Notes: a model not told the origin generated them from the letters alone. 64,000 nt of DNA from Candidatus Shapirobacteria bacterium (GCA_043817235.1 JBDRHA010000011.1:260622-324621); one strand, 5' to 3'. Positions 10,923 through 21,349 are shown, counted from the first letter of the stretch. Numbers and translations are program-made.

Positions 10923-11135
10923 TTATAAAACCGGGTCCCAGCCGCCGGAAGACCAGGGGTGGCACCGCCCAATTCTTTTTAAACTTAAAAATAAACCCCT
11001 GAGTATACCATAGCGGTTAATTGCTTGATAGCTATACTTTGAACAAGTTGGCGTAAACCGGCAAGAGGAGTTCCGGAGATTAAGATATTTTTGGTAAAAA
11101 TGAATTGCTTTAAGAGCTATTTTTTTCATTCTCAA
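10923..11135 (-). CDS. yidD: membrane protein insertion efficiency factor
   Basis: CRFTPTCSKY, RCHPWSSGGWDPV. Confidence 0.95.
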   Translation of the reverse strand: MRMKKIALKAIHFYQKYLNLRNSSCRFTPTCSKYSYQAINRYGILRGLFLSLKRIGRCHPWSSGGWDPVL

Positions 11136-11475
11136 AAATTCCGGATTTGGTCAATAATTCTTCTGTGGCTCTTTTAATTTCCAAAAAAGACTTTTCTTTA
11201 ATCGCTCTTTTCGGCAAAAAAACAATCTTTGTCCCTGGTTTAATTTGGGAAATTAAAGGGTAGACTATTTCGGATAGCTGTCTTTTAAGCTTAATACGCA
11301 AAGTCGCCTTGGGGCTTATTTTCTTGGAGATAAGAAAGCCAAATTGGGAAAGCTCGTTTTTGCCGGTATTAAAAACTAAAATGCCCAGGAAAGAATGAGA
11401 ATAAAGCCTACCCTTTTCCTTAACTTGGCTAAAATCAGCTTCTTTTCTTAAACGGTGTTTTCTTGCAAGGGTCAC
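11110..11475 (-). CDS. rnpA: ribonuclease P protein component
   Basis: RLRKEADF, GFLISKK, degenerate RNR motif ATLRIKLKR; synteny. Confidence 0.9.
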   Translation of the reverse strand: MTLARKHRLRKEADFSQVKEKGRLYSHSFLGILVFNTGKNELSQFGFLISKKISPKATLRIKLKRQLSEIVYPLISQIKPGTKIVFLPKRAIKEKSFLEIKRATEELLTKSGIFENEKNSS

Positions 11476-11496
11476 ACTTAAAAAATTATTATTTTC

Positions 11497-11634
11497 TTAA
11501 ACAGTCAAGCGTTTTCTTTTCTTGTCTCTTCTTCTTTTTAAAACTCTTTTTCCGGCCTTGGTTTTAGTCCTTTTCAAAAAACCGTGTTTGCGCTTGCGTT
11601 TTAATTTTTTTGGCTGATAAGTCCTTTTAACCAT
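11497..11634 (-). CDS. rpmH: 50S ribosomal protein L34 (absent from the ORF track)
   Basis: Hand translation [45 protein letters not shown]. Confidence 0.97.
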   Translation of the reverse strand: MVKRTYQPKKLKRKRKHGFLKRTKTKAGKRVLKRRRDKKRKRLTV

Positions 11635-11662
11635 AATAACTATTATATCTTATCTTTAGCTT

Positions 11663-12283
11663 TTACTCCAGCCAAACAATTTCGTGGCTGTCGGCCGGCA
11701 AGCCCTGGCTTTCTATCCAGTCTGCTACTTCCTGCCACACTCCTTCCTTGGTCCCCTTTTTAATTTTTACCCCCAAAATTAAGGGAGAAACATAGCCTAA
11801 AGAAAAATCCTCTGTTTCATAGGGTATTTTTAGTATTAAGGGGTAATCACCAAGTGTCTGATCTAAAATTTCCTGCCTAATCCCTGGTTCCCCCTGACCT
11901 AAAACAGGAGCCGGAGCAGCTTGAGGAGGATTAAAATAATAAGTCCAGCTATAAATCGGTTGATTTTGGAAATTTAACTCTAGAAAATAATTTTCTTGCG
12001 GAATCAATTCTCCTTTTACCTCAATCAGCAAAAATCCATCCTGCACGCTAAGGCTATTATCAAAAGACGGAGCAGTCTTAAGATTAAAATCCGAAGCTTT
12101 TAAGCCGCTCGCGTCAGATAGCCCTATCTTGATATTTTGATCTAAGTCCACAAGCTGGCCAGAGGGCGGATCAATACTGGTAATTACCGGCAACTTCTGC
12201 TTACTGCTTCTGGCTACCAATAAAATAGTAGCCAAACAAGCTAAGAAAACTAAAAGCCAATATCTGCCAATTATTTTTTTCAT
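11663..12283 (-). CDS. membrane-anchored exported protein with Ig-like domain
   Basis: N-terminal TM, ITSIDPPSG beta-rich segment, Pro linker. Confidence 0.6.
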   Translation of the reverse strand: MKKIIGRYWLLVFLACLATILLVARSSKQKLPVITSIDPPSGQLVDLDQNIKIGLSDASGLKASDFNLKTAPSFDNSLSVQDGFLLIEVKGELIPQENYFLELNFQNQPIYSWTYYFNPPQAAPAPVLGQGEPGIRQEILDQTLGDYPLILKIPYETEDFSLGYVSPLILGVKIKKGTKEGVWQEVADWIESQGLPADSHEIVWLE

Positions 12284-12285
12284 TT

Positions 12286-14580
12286 TTATCCCCCGCCTCC
12301 TCCACCACTAATATATTCTAAAATCATGTCTGGTTCACTTACAAGTATCTTGGTCGTATTCACCACTCCTTGACTAGCATCATCTCCCCAAGCCTGAGTT
12401 ACCCAAAGAACAGCCTGGGTGCCATCAGGCCCCTTTTCCACTTTAGTAATCACCCCCATGTGGCCATATCCCCTCTCCCATACAACAATCTGTCCTTCCG
12501 TAACCCGATTTAAATCTTCTAAAGGCTGCCAAGGATAATTTACGGGCGGGTCGGCAAAATCCCGCGCATCGCCCAAAGGAGGAAGGTCAATTACTGAAGC
12601 CCGCACAAACGCCACGCACTGCAAAAAAGTATAAGCTTGGGCCGAACCAATCAAAACATTAATGCTTTCCGCTCTTATTCCCTGTCCGGTCAAGCAATTA
12701 CTTTTATCAGACAAAGATGCCGCGGTGATTGCTCCACTTAATCCACAAGCATCAAAGGCCCGCTGAATCCTAACCGCTAGCTGATCCCCTTCAGGATTTA
12801 CTCCTCTCTCTAGTGTCGCTATTTGGTCTGGCGATAAATCACCGCGGCCACCGCCTTCCATGGACATTCTTTGCGAAGAGCCGGCAACGGCAAAGGCCAT
12901 TAAGGCTAAAACAATAGGCAAGCCAATAGCTCCAGCCAAGCCCACTAATATCGGCACCCCTAGATCCACCGGCACTTTGATAATCGCCGCCGGAATGCCG
13001 GCAGCTACCTCCAACCCCTTGGCCGCCAAACCACCCAGGAAACCAAAATTGCGGCGTAATTGATCGCTGTCAACGCCTAAAGCATTTAGGACCTTCCGGC
13101 CTGTTTTTGCCGCTCCTTTTAAAATAGCCCCGCCAAGCATTATTGCTCCCTGAATAAGCAAGCTCACCCCCGCTGTGCTTACCCCCAAAGCAGCTGATAG
13201 GCCTGCCGCAACTGCTTTAGCGGCACCGGAAGCGAGCAGTTTTTTCGCGCCTGATTGAACTGCAAACTCCGCTGCTTTTTGGCCAACTTTAAGTGCTAAT
13301 CCTTGAGCCGCCTGACCCACCCCGGTCTGCAAAAACCAATTTTTAACCGGAGCAGCTAGGTTATTTACTGCTCCGCCCAACTTTTGTTTAAATTGATAAA
13401 TCGGATTATCTAAAACCGTCTGAACAATTTGGTTTTGCTGACCTAAAGCACCTTCTAGCCATCCTAGCTTTTCTTTTTGCAGATCATTCAAATTCTGATG
13501 CCAGCGAGTAAAAGACTGATTTTGCTCAAGGCTTTGCTGGCTTGTCTGAAAAAGCCGTAAACTACCACGAAAAGTTAATCTTTGATCCTGATCCAGCAAA
13601 GGCCAAATTGCTTCCAGTCTTTCCGGCGTAAAAACATCTTGATTATTTATTGCCTCCGCCACCTGTTCATAGGAATAGCTTGGCCTTTCTCCAGCTTCTG
13701 CCTCCAAATGGGTTAATACTTCTTGAGGAATTTGCTCTCTGCCCACGCTAAGTCCATAAAGATTAGCCCTTGTCTGGGTAGCAATAAGCTGGTCAGGAAG
13801 CTTAGACAACTGCTCGTCACCGCTTAAATCGACACCTAAATTTTTTTCCAACTCAGGCAAAAGCAGCTCCTTTTTCTTTTTATCTATTATTTGTTTTACC
13901 TGATTCGGATTTTCCAAGGCTACGCGAACCAGAACCGCTTGTGTCTTTTCGCCATTCTGGCTGCTGCGTATTGCTGACCTTAAGGCGCCTTCCGCTTGCC
14001 CAGCTTTAAGCAAAGGAGCCGCCCCAGTTTCTTTTACTCTTTGAACGGCAATTGCCGCTCGAGCCTTAATAGTTTTATTGTCAAATCTTGAACGGCGACT
14101 TGGAGCTTCTTGAGAAGCAGTTTCTACCAGCTCGGCGCTAAGCAAGCCAGGGGAAGTCAGGCCTTCCCTCTCAAGCGCCTTTTGCAGCACATTTTGGGCT
14201 GATAAAACGCGCGCCCTAACTACGCTCGGCTGCCGCTTTAAACGCCGCAAAACAGTCCGGCGCAAAGAAGGAGAAACTCGCTGCTGTCGTAAAAACTGAT
14301 TTACTTTTTTTTCCACACTCGTTCTCGACTTTTCCAGGTGCAATCTTTTCTGCCCTTCTTCTGGCAGGGTTTCTGAAGCAGCAATCACAGCCGCTTCTGC
14401 CGCGATACGCCCTATCCGGCGAATAGTTTCTGAATCAATTCCTTTAACTGACAACAAGTCTTCAGCCAACGCCTCTTCTTCGCGGTCCACCAGCCAGTAT
14501 TTTTCTCTAGGATCTCGATCTTGAGCCGGGCCTTCTTCAAACAATCTTTCCAGTGCTTGTTTTAACTGCTCTTCTGCCAT
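12286..14580 (-). CDS. large helical membrane protein with C-terminal CHAP peptidoglycan hydrolase domain
   Basis: QCVAFV..GDARDF..GQIVVW..GYGHMGVI Cys/His motif; Gly/Ala-rich hydrophobic middle; start MAEEQ after TGCTATAAT. Confidence 0.7.
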   Translation of the reverse strand: MAEEQLKQALERLFEEGPAQDRDPREKYWLVDREEEALAEDLLSVKGIDSETIRRIGRIAAEAAVIAASETLPEEGQKRLHLEKSRTSVEKKVNQFLRQQRVSPSLRRTVLRRLKRQPSVVRARVLSAQNVLQKALEREGLTSPGLLSAELVETASQEAPSRRSRFDNKTIKARAAIAVQRVKETGAAPLLKAGQAEGALRSAIRSSQNGEKTQAVLVRVALENPNQVKQIIDKKKKELLLPELEKNLGVDLSGDEQLSKLPDQLIATQTRANLYGLSVGREQIPQEVLTHLEAEAGERPSYSYEQVAEAINNQDVFTPERLEAIWPLLDQDQRLTFRGSLRLFQTSQQSLEQNQSFTRWHQNLNDLQKEKLGWLEGALGQQNQIVQTVLDNPIYQFKQKLGGAVNNLAAPVKNWFLQTGVGQAAQGLALKVGQKAAEFAVQSGAKKLLASGAAKAVAAGLSAALGVSTAGVSLLIQGAIMLGGAILKGAAKTGRKVLNALGVDSDQLRRNFGFLGGLAAKGLEVAAGIPAAIIKVPVDLGVPILVGLAGAIGLPIVLALMAFAVAGSSQRMSMEGGGRGDLSPDQIATLERGVNPEGDQLAVRIQRAFDACGLSGAITAASLSDKSNCLTGQGIRAESINVLIGSAQAYTFLQCVAFVRASVIDLPPLGDARDFADPPVNYPWQPLEDLNRVTEGQIVVWERGYGHMGVITKVEKGPDGTQAVLWVTQAWGDDASQGVVNTTKILVSEPDMILEYISGGGGGG

Positions 14581-14665
14581 TTTAAAATCATTATAGCAAA
14601 AACAAAGAATAATCCGCTCCCAAATTGGATTTTGACTAAACCTTTTGTTACAATAGCCTTTGCCA

Positions 14666-15376
14666 ATGACTGATACCAAAAAAACTGACCGCCCAGTTCT
14701 GGAAGTAGAAAAAAGAAAAATAAAAGGTCGGAAGGTAAAAAATTTAAGACAGGAAAAAATTCTGCCGGCTAATATTTATGGCAAAGAAATAAAATCTTTA
14801 GCGGTCCAGACAAGCCTAACAGAAGCTAAAAAAGTTTACGAGCAAGCGGGAGAAACCGGCTTGGTAGATCTAAAAATAAAAGAAGAGAAAAAAAGCCGCC
14901 CTGTCTTGCTTCATAACCTTCAAACAGATCCGGTTAGCGATGAGCTTATTCATCTTGATTTTTACCAGGTAGACCTAACCCAAAAAGTAACTGCCGATAT
15001 TCCAGTAGAAATAAGCGGCAAAGCTCCAGCGGCAGAAAAAGGCGAAGGGGTGCTGGTTCATCTAGTTAATGAAATTGAAGCAGAAGCTCTCCCCGCTGAT
15101 CTTCCGGAAAAACTAGTTGTCTCCGTTGATTCGCTGGAAAAGATAGATCAAGCAATTGCCCTTAAAGAAGCTTTAGAAAAATCCGGCTGGGAAAAAGATA
15201 AAGTAGAAGTAAAAACTTCTTTGGAATTGCTGCTGGTAAAAATTGAGGCGCCGGCCAAAGAAGAAGCAGTAGAAGAAAAACCAGCTGAAGAAGAAGCGAC
15301 CCCGACGGAAGGGGCTGAGGAGCAAAAAGAAGAAAAAGAAACCCCCGCAGAGCCTAAAGAGCAAGCCCAAGAATAA
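14666..15376 (+). CDS. rplY: 50S ribosomal protein L25/Ctc
   Basis: LPANIYG, IHLDFYQV, acidic tail. Confidence 0.95.
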   Translation: MTDTKKTDRPVLEVEKRKIKGRKVKNLRQEKILPANIYGKEIKSLAVQTSLTEAKKVYEQAGETGLVDLKIKEEKKSRPVLLHNLQTDPVSDELIHLDFYQVDLTQKVTADIPVEISGKAPAAEKGEGVLVHLVNEIEAEALPADLPEKLVVSVDSLEKIDQAIALKEALEKSGWEKDKVEVKTSLELLLVKIEAPAKEEAVEEKPAEEEATPTEGAEEQKEEKETPAEPKEQAQE

Positions 15377-16529
15377 TTCCAACCAAATTCATATTCTGGT
15401 TTAGGGTCAGCCAATAGTGATCCGTTAAACCAGTCAAAAAAACAATCAGCCACCAGATCTCATTTTCTTTTTTAATCGCTTTTTTAAGAATTAGTCCGGT
15501 TAATGTCAGGCCCGCTAAGCCTGCTTGAGAAGCAATCAAGAGAAAAAGATCATGAACCGGCTGAAGAACAATTTTTGAATTTTGAGAAAAAGGCCAAAAA
15601 AAGGGAAGAGCGGCAAAAAAATTATCCCACCCCGTCCCCAATAGCGGCCTGCGCCAAAACATTGCCAAAGAAGCTTGGGCCAAAGTCAGCCGCTCAGTTA
15701 AGGCCAAAGGGTTTGGAAAAAGATAAAGCAAGAAGCCGGCCAGTAAAGCAAAAAGCAAAAACCAGAAGAGTTTTGTCTTTTTTCGCCCTTCTTTTATTTT
15801 TGGCCAAAGCAAAACGAAGAAGCCGGCAAACCAGGCAGTCCGGGAAAAACTGAAAAACAAACAAGCCAAGCCCGCTAACAAAACTAAAAAACTTATGTAT
15901 CTTGGCATCTTTTTAAAAGGAAAAAGAAAAAGACTAAGAAGAGCAAAGCCTGCCAAAGAATTAGGATGGGAAAAACTACCATAGGCTCTTAAAAAAAGCT
16001 GGTGTCCAAGCTCTATCTTGGCTATTCCCGGAGTGGACACAGAGAAGTTTCTTTCTCCTAAAAAATAAGCCAGTCCTCCTAAAGAGCCTTGGGAAACAAA
16101 CTGGCCAACAACTAAAACAACTTCTGCAACCAGCCAAAAACAAATAATCAAAGGCAGTTTCTTTCTTGCCCATTTTTTTTCCTGCCGGACTAAGAAAAAA
16201 ACTAGATAAATTCTGGCAAAAAGCTTTAGACACCCCAAAAAAGCTACTTTTGGGCTCAAAGCCAAAATAATATTTCCAGCTAAAAAAAGGGCTATCCACC
16301 AGTATTTTTTTAAAAAGGAAATAATATCAATTTTTAAAGAAAAAGCCCGAAGGTAAAAAACAAAAGACGCAAAGAACAAGACATCGCTTACATAAATTGT
16401 CGGAGATAGATAATCAACTGGCAGACCTAAAACATAAGAAAACGAAGGCCAAAAATGCCTGCCCCACTGAAAAGGAACACTAAACAAGGCGAGGGTCAAA
16501 AAAAATCTTTTGATTTTCAGCAATGACAT
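15354..16529 (-). CDS. O-antigen ligase (Wzy_C) family protein
   Basis: RAYGSFSHPN, SFSRTAW, PLLGTG, PVHD. Confidence 0.85.
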   Translation of the reverse strand: MSLLKIKRFFLTLALFSVPFQWGRHFWPSFSYVLGLPVDYLSPTIYVSDVLFFASFVFYLRAFSLKIDIISFLKKYWWIALFLAGNIILALSPKVAFLGCLKLFARIYLVFFLVRQEKKWARKKLPLIICFWLVAEVVLVVGQFVSQGSLGGLAYFLGERNFSVSTPGIAKIELGHQLFLRAYGSFSHPNSLAGFALLSLFLFPFKKMPRYISFLVLLAGLACLFFSFSRTAWFAGFFVLLWPKIKEGRKKTKLFWFLLFALLAGFLLYLFPNPLALTERLTLAQASLAMFWRRPLLGTGWDNFFAALPFFWPFSQNSKIVLQPVHDLFLLIASQAGLAGLTLTGLILKKAIKKENEIWWLIVFLTGLTDHYWLTLNQNMNLVGIILGLAL

Positions 16530-16539
16530 TAATTAAAAA

Positions 16540-18279
16540 TTAAATTTTAACTAGATTAAAAAGAGAAGACTTTAAGTGAATTGCTCCGGGCGCTCTAAGA
16601 TTAAAAACCGTTTTAAAGTCAGAGCCGGAAAAAGTGAATTCTCCCCGATCGGTGGCAATCTTTACTTCATGGGTCACTCCACTATTGCTATAATTAACGC
16701 TTACATTGCTGACTCTGCTTACTGGCCCACCATAGCTTCCGGCTCGGCCGGCCAATTCTTCTTTAGACCAAGTTTCCGGCACGCTTCCCCAACAACCGTC
16801 TACTTGAGAAAGATGGATAGACTCGGAAGAATTATGAGTATAAACCAAAAGAGCATTTACCACATCTGCCATTTCTTCATCGCTCAACCAAGGAGAGGAA
16901 CGACCGCAGCTTTGGCCGCTTCGAGTTTTATACCAAGCCTTGTAAAACCAAGGCGACCCGGCAATCTTTTCATAAGCGTTATTGGGCCAATCCCCGTCTT
17001 TGGCATCTTTGATACCGGCCCAGCCCCACTGTGAAATAGTAAAGCCTCCCGAAGTAGAGGCATAGTACGCCTTGGCCGGCGATCCGTCTTTCATCAGTAC
17101 CCAGCCTCGTGTTGCCCGAACTGCCTCTTCCCATTTGCCTGTTTTCAGCGCAGACCTATATACCTGGCAGCTCTCCGTAGGGCAGATTGTGCCGTTGCCA
17201 TTTCCGGTTACCGCCAAAGCATAGCTTCTACTCGCTACGGCCTGGGCCTTAAGGGCTTCAAATCCGCCCTTATCTCCCCAGCTTTCAGGTACTTCATAAA
17301 TTCCCAAAAGATAATTATCTTCAAATGCGATCCGGCCGTAGCCGTCGACCCCTATCGTATCCGGCACACTATAATCCTTGACTAAATTAGCTCCTTGATA
17401 ATAAGCGCTTAAAATGTCCTCAGCTGACTGGCCCTCTTTGCTCCTGCCGTAAGCGCCATATTGGCTCATGCCAGTGCGATGAGGCGCGCCAAAAGAAAAA
17501 AGAGCAAAAGCAGGGGAAAAAGCAGGAGAGCAAAAATTGCCTGCTCCGGGCGGGCCGGAGCAGGGATCATCAACGCTGGGCGTGTCACCGACACTAGTTT
17601 GAAAAAGACCTGTTTTTTCCGTTAAAATTCTTTGCTGTTCCGCTTTAATCGCCGCAATTTTATCATTCAGCTCTCCTTCATAAGCAGTAGCTCCCTTGAT
17701 ATCTTTTTCCAACCCCGCCGCCTTTGTGTCTAAGTCTTCTTCTAAAGAAAGCCAGCTTTGCGACTTTCCCTCTAAACTTTGCTTGCTCTGATTTAAACTG
17801 GTAATTTTATTACTAATGCCTGTGATAATTTTTTTATCCTGCTGGCCAGCTACTTTAAGATAATTATATTGCTTTAAAGCTTGGCCAAAATTCTGACTAG
17901 CCAAAAAAATATTCAAGGCCGAGAGTTTCGTTTCCTGAATATAAAGATCTCTTATCTTGGCAAAAAGCAGTTTTTTTTGCGATTCAATTTCCTTTTGCCC
18001 ATTAGTAATTTCTTCTTCCATAGTCTTTACCTCCTTTTGTGCTTGATTAATAGAAGCGCGAATTCCGGTAATCTGAGCGTTAAGTTCAGATAAAGACTTT
18101 TCTGCTCCGCTAATCGCCTGGGTTAATAAAGAAAGCTCCTCTCTTACTTTTTCTTCTTGGCGGCAAAGACTGTCCAGCTGAGGATCGCCTTCATTGCATT
18201 CTTTTCCTAAAACCGGAAAAACAAAAGGAAGAAAAATGACCAAGAAAAGCAGAATGAGGAATTTAAACATTCTTCTCAT
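16540..18279 (-). CDS. exported coiled-coil + SpoIID/LytB domain protein
   Basis: Signal peptide, long coiled coil, GMSQYGA, EALKAQAVASRSY, ICPTESCQVY. Confidence 0.88.
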   Translation of the reverse strand: MRRMFKFLILLFLVIFLPFVFPVLGKECNEGDPQLDSLCRQEEKVREELSLLTQAISGAEKSLSELNAQITGIRASINQAQKEVKTMEEEITNGQKEIESQKKLLFAKIRDLYIQETKLSALNIFLASQNFGQALKQYNYLKVAGQQDKKIITGISNKITSLNQSKQSLEGKSQSWLSLEEDLDTKAAGLEKDIKGATAYEGELNDKIAAIKAEQQRILTEKTGLFQTSVGDTPSVDDPCSGPPGAGNFCSPAFSPAFALFSFGAPHRTGMSQYGAYGRSKEGQSAEDILSAYYQGANLVKDYSVPDTIGVDGYGRIAFEDNYLLGIYEVPESWGDKGGFEALKAQAVASRSYALAVTGNGNGTICPTESCQVYRSALKTGKWEEAVRATRGWVLMKDGSPAKAYYASTSGGFTISQWGWAGIKDAKDGDWPNNAYEKIAGSPWFYKAWYKTRSGQSCGRSSPWLSDEEMADVVNALLVYTHNSSESIHLSQVDGCWGSVPETWSKEELAGRAGSYGGPVSRVSNVSVNYSNSGVTHEVKIATDRGEFTFSGSDFKTVFNLRAPGAIHLKSSLFNLVKI

Positions 18280-18293
18280 TATTAAATTATACC

Positions 18294-21233
18294 TCAGCGG
18301 CTCAGCTCCAGAGCAAGCGGCCAATCGCTGGTAAACAAGCCCTCAAAAATAAGAGCTTCTTGATCTAAAACTGCTGGCCGGCTTGTTTGCAAAGGCTTAA
18401 AACCCTCCGGCAAAATAATCGCCACTTTTAAAGGAGAATTCCCCATTCCTGACTGCTTCTGCAGGTAAAGCAAATAATGCCAGCCGTCTTGGGGCAAATT
18501 TATTTTTTGGGAATACTCCACCTCCACCACCCGCCGAGAATTGATCGGCACTTCTACCAAAAATCCCAAAACTAATTTTTCTTTTTCCCTTTCCTGATCA
18601 AGTTCATCGCGAACAATGATTTTTTGACTATCTTCCTTTCCTTTTAAAGGATCGTAAATAATCACCCTGTCAATGCTCGTTCCTAAAGGAAGAAAAAGGC
18701 GCAAGTAATTTTTATACTCTCCGCCCGGCCAGCTAGTGCTTTGGCTGGTGTTTTCATAATTAATTTGAAGAACATGATTAATTTTTTCTTGACTTGGATC
18801 TATTAGTAGATTTAAGCTGCGGCGCAAAAAATAATTAGCCTTGTTAACGCCCAAGTTTGCTTCTACTAGGAAAAGATAATCGCTAAAACTTGACTGCTTG
18901 CCTAAGGTTACTGACTTTATTCGACCATCCCAATTATTCGCCTGTAAAGCCTGATTTATTTCAGGGTCAGTAGTAGAAATCAAAATTTCTTTTTCTTCAA
19001 GCGAATCTAAAACAGCCTGGGCCAGGGGATAGGCCACTTGATCGGGGGTGTTTTGGGTTACTGCCAAAATCTGGCCGGCTAAAGCAGAAAGAAAAGAGGC
19101 TTTTTGAGTTGAGCCGGGGAAAAAGTTAGTTTCCGAGTAAAATTCAGCTTTGGCAAAAAGATTGTCAGCATTTATTTTTTCATTGTAGTCGGCCAAATAA
19201 ACTTCGCCGATTTGAGAAAGGATTTTTCTAGCACTATCCAAGTTAAGGCTAATCACTGCGTCCACGCTCGCGCCTGTTTCTTTTTGATAAAACCAGCTGA
19301 TTTTCTCGGCGCTGGTCGGAAAATCCGGGCTCCAGTTGCTGTCCCGTAAATACCAGCCGGATTCGCCCAAAATATTTTTTAGCACTAAAGGAGGCTCGAC
19401 ATGACCCGCCAATTGGCCATCAACAGTATACACGTCTTCCACTTTAAACTGGCTAATTTTGCCGTTGCTTACTTCCAAAATGGCCAAAGAGCCAATAAAG
19501 CCGCCCGTGGGTCTTAATTCCATATTATTTTGAAAAACAATCAAAATTCGGCGCGGCTCTTTTTGTCCCAACCACCAGTCAAAGCCAACAAGCATTTTTT
19601 CGCTTTTAGCTAAAATCTCCTGAGCCTTGGCTATCTTTTCCTGCCAATCAATTAAATTACTTCTTTTAATTAAGAAATTAAAATTATTGCCGCCGCCCGC
19701 TAATTCGGCCGATAATAAATTCACTCTTCGGCTTAAAGCTTCTTCCTGAATCCGAATTTTATCGCCAACAAGAAAGGCGTCTCCTTCCCCCTGCCAAAGA
19801 GCCCGATTAAGCTCCAAGCCAAGATCAGCCAAGGCCCCTGCCTGGCTAAGAACGCTGCTCGCCTTTTTCCCGCTTTGCGCCAAAGATAGTCCTTTTTGAC
19901 CTAAGCCCGCTTGCCAGAAAGAAAAGACTTGATCAAAATACAGTTCTGCTTTTTGGGCTTGAGCCCCTGCTTCTTTCCAAAGATAATTTTGGCTATTTTT
20001 CAGTCCCCCGGCAAGCTGAAAATAAGCTAATCCTAAATAAAAACCGCCCGCTAAAAAAGGAGTAAATAAATAGCCCAAAAGCATTAAAGCAAAGGCTGGA
20101 ATCAGCCAGGAAACTCTTCGTTTTTTAAACTGTTTTGGAGCCTTTTCCTCTAATGCAGGTATTTTTACCACTTCTTGTTTTGGCTCTGTTTTAACCTCTT
20201 CTTCCTGCCAGCGGGCCTTCACTATAATCGGAGAAAGAGGCAAAGGCAAGGCCTGCTCCGGCTCTTGATCCCAAAAATTCTGATCTATGGCTAAAGAAGG
20301 GTCCCTTTTCTTTTTTTTAAGTAATTTTTTAGGCTTTGGAAGCTTAGTGCTTACTACTCGCGGTTTAAAATATTCTTTTTCTTCCTTTTTTGACTCTTCT
20401 TTCTTCGGCAAAAATTCTTTAGGAGCAAAATCAAGCTCTTTTTTTTCTTTTTTCTGGAAAAAATATTGCAAAGTTTTATCTACTCCCTTTTTCCAAGAAA
20501 CCAAAGGCTCCCAGCCAAAATCTTCCTTAAGCTCGTTTTCCTTAGCCGAATTTATCTCTGGCAAAACCAGGTCGGTATCCACCCGAATGCCATTAGTAAA
20601 TTGTGATCTTTTTTCCAAATAATCCAAAAACCTCTGCCAGCTAACCTTTTTGCCCACCAAAAGCATCTCTTTTTTCTCCATTGCCGGAGAGAAAAGAGCC
20701 TGTTCTAAAAAATTACAGCAGTCGGTAATATAAAGAGGATAAATATGCCCGAGTTCAGAAAAAGGAAGGGTAATTTTTTCATTCAAAACTGCTTTTAAAA
20801 GCACCTTGTTTAAAAAGGTCAATTCTTCCAGTTTTTCTGTCGGTCCAAAAACAAAAGAGGTTTTGGCCAGTCTCCAATCTAAACCATTTTCTTCTTTATC
20901 CAGAACCAACCCTTTTTGCTCTTGATCCACTACCGAAAGCAAGCGGGAGTTTTTTTCTTGAGCAATCCGACAGCTATCAGAAAAGTTCAGAAAATCGACA
21001 AAATAATCTATTTTTTCCGGAAGCGCGCTAAGCCAATCTTGAGCCAAAGAAAAAACTTTTAAATGAGGGTGCGCCTCTAGTCCTTTTTGGCTGTTAACTA
21101 CTGTCCAAATTTCCAGCTGACTGCCTAATAACTGGCGCAAAAAATTGCTCCCCAAAAAAGTATCTGCTCCTAAAAATAATATTTTCGGAGTTTGCCAAGA
21201 GACATCAACTCTGATTAAAGGCTTTTTGGGCAT
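18294..21233 (-). CDS. degenerate NAD-epimerase fold fused to a DUF4012 exported domain
   Basis: LFLGADTFLG Rossmann start; TM; FQNNMELRPTGGFIGS, RDSNWSPDFP, NLGVNKAN. Confidence 0.8.
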   Translation of the reverse strand: MPKKPLIRVDVSWQTPKILFLGADTFLGSNFLRQLLGSQLEIWTVVNSQKGLEAHPHLKVFSLAQDWLSALPEKIDYFVDFLNFSDSCRIAQEKNSRLLSVVDQEQKGLVLDKEENGLDWRLAKTSFVFGPTEKLEELTFLNKVLLKAVLNEKITLPFSELGHIYPLYITDCCNFLEQALFSPAMEKKEMLLVGKKVSWQRFLDYLEKRSQFTNGIRVDTDLVLPEINSAKENELKEDFGWEPLVSWKKGVDKTLQYFFQKKEKKELDFAPKEFLPKKEESKKEEKEYFKPRVVSTKLPKPKKLLKKKKRDPSLAIDQNFWDQEPEQALPLPLSPIIVKARWQEEEVKTEPKQEVVKIPALEEKAPKQFKKRRVSWLIPAFALMLLGYLFTPFLAGGFYLGLAYFQLAGGLKNSQNYLWKEAGAQAQKAELYFDQVFSFWQAGLGQKGLSLAQSGKKASSVLSQAGALADLGLELNRALWQGEGDAFLVGDKIRIQEEALSRRVNLLSAELAGGGNNFNFLIKRSNLIDWQEKIAKAQEILAKSEKMLVGFDWWLGQKEPRRILIVFQNNMELRPTGGFIGSLAILEVSNGKISQFKVEDVYTVDGQLAGHVEPPLVLKNILGESGWYLRDSNWSPDFPTSAEKISWFYQKETGASVDAVISLNLDSARKILSQIGEVYLADYNEKINADNLFAKAEFYSETNFFPGSTQKASFLSALAGQILAVTQNTPDQVAYPLAQAVLDSLEEKEILISTTDPEINQALQANNWDGRIKSVTLGKQSSFSDYLFLVEANLGVNKANYFLRRSLNLLIDPSQEKINHVLQINYENTSQSTSWPGGEYKNYLRLFLPLGTSIDRVIIYDPLKGKEDSQKIIVRDELDQEREKEKLVLGFLVEVPINSRRVVEVEYSQKINLPQDGWHYLLYLQKQSGMGNSPLKVAIILPEGFKPLQTSRPAVLDQEALIFEGLFTSDWPLALELSR

Positions 21234-21282
21234 TGTTTAATTTTACCGAGCAAAAACCTCTGGTTCAACTGCAAAAAAGGAT

Positions 21283-21349
21283 TGCGGAGATAATTCGGAG
21301 ATAATGCGGAAATATTCTCCTTGCTTTTTGTGGAAAACTACTTTAGAAT
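21283..21349 (+). promoter_or_regulatory. dnaA promoter with DnaA box and 11-bp tandem repeats
   Basis: TTGCTT(21321)-17-TAGAAT(21344) with TGTGGAAAA (21329-21337) in the spacer; three 11-mers at 21283-21315. Confidence 0.6.
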
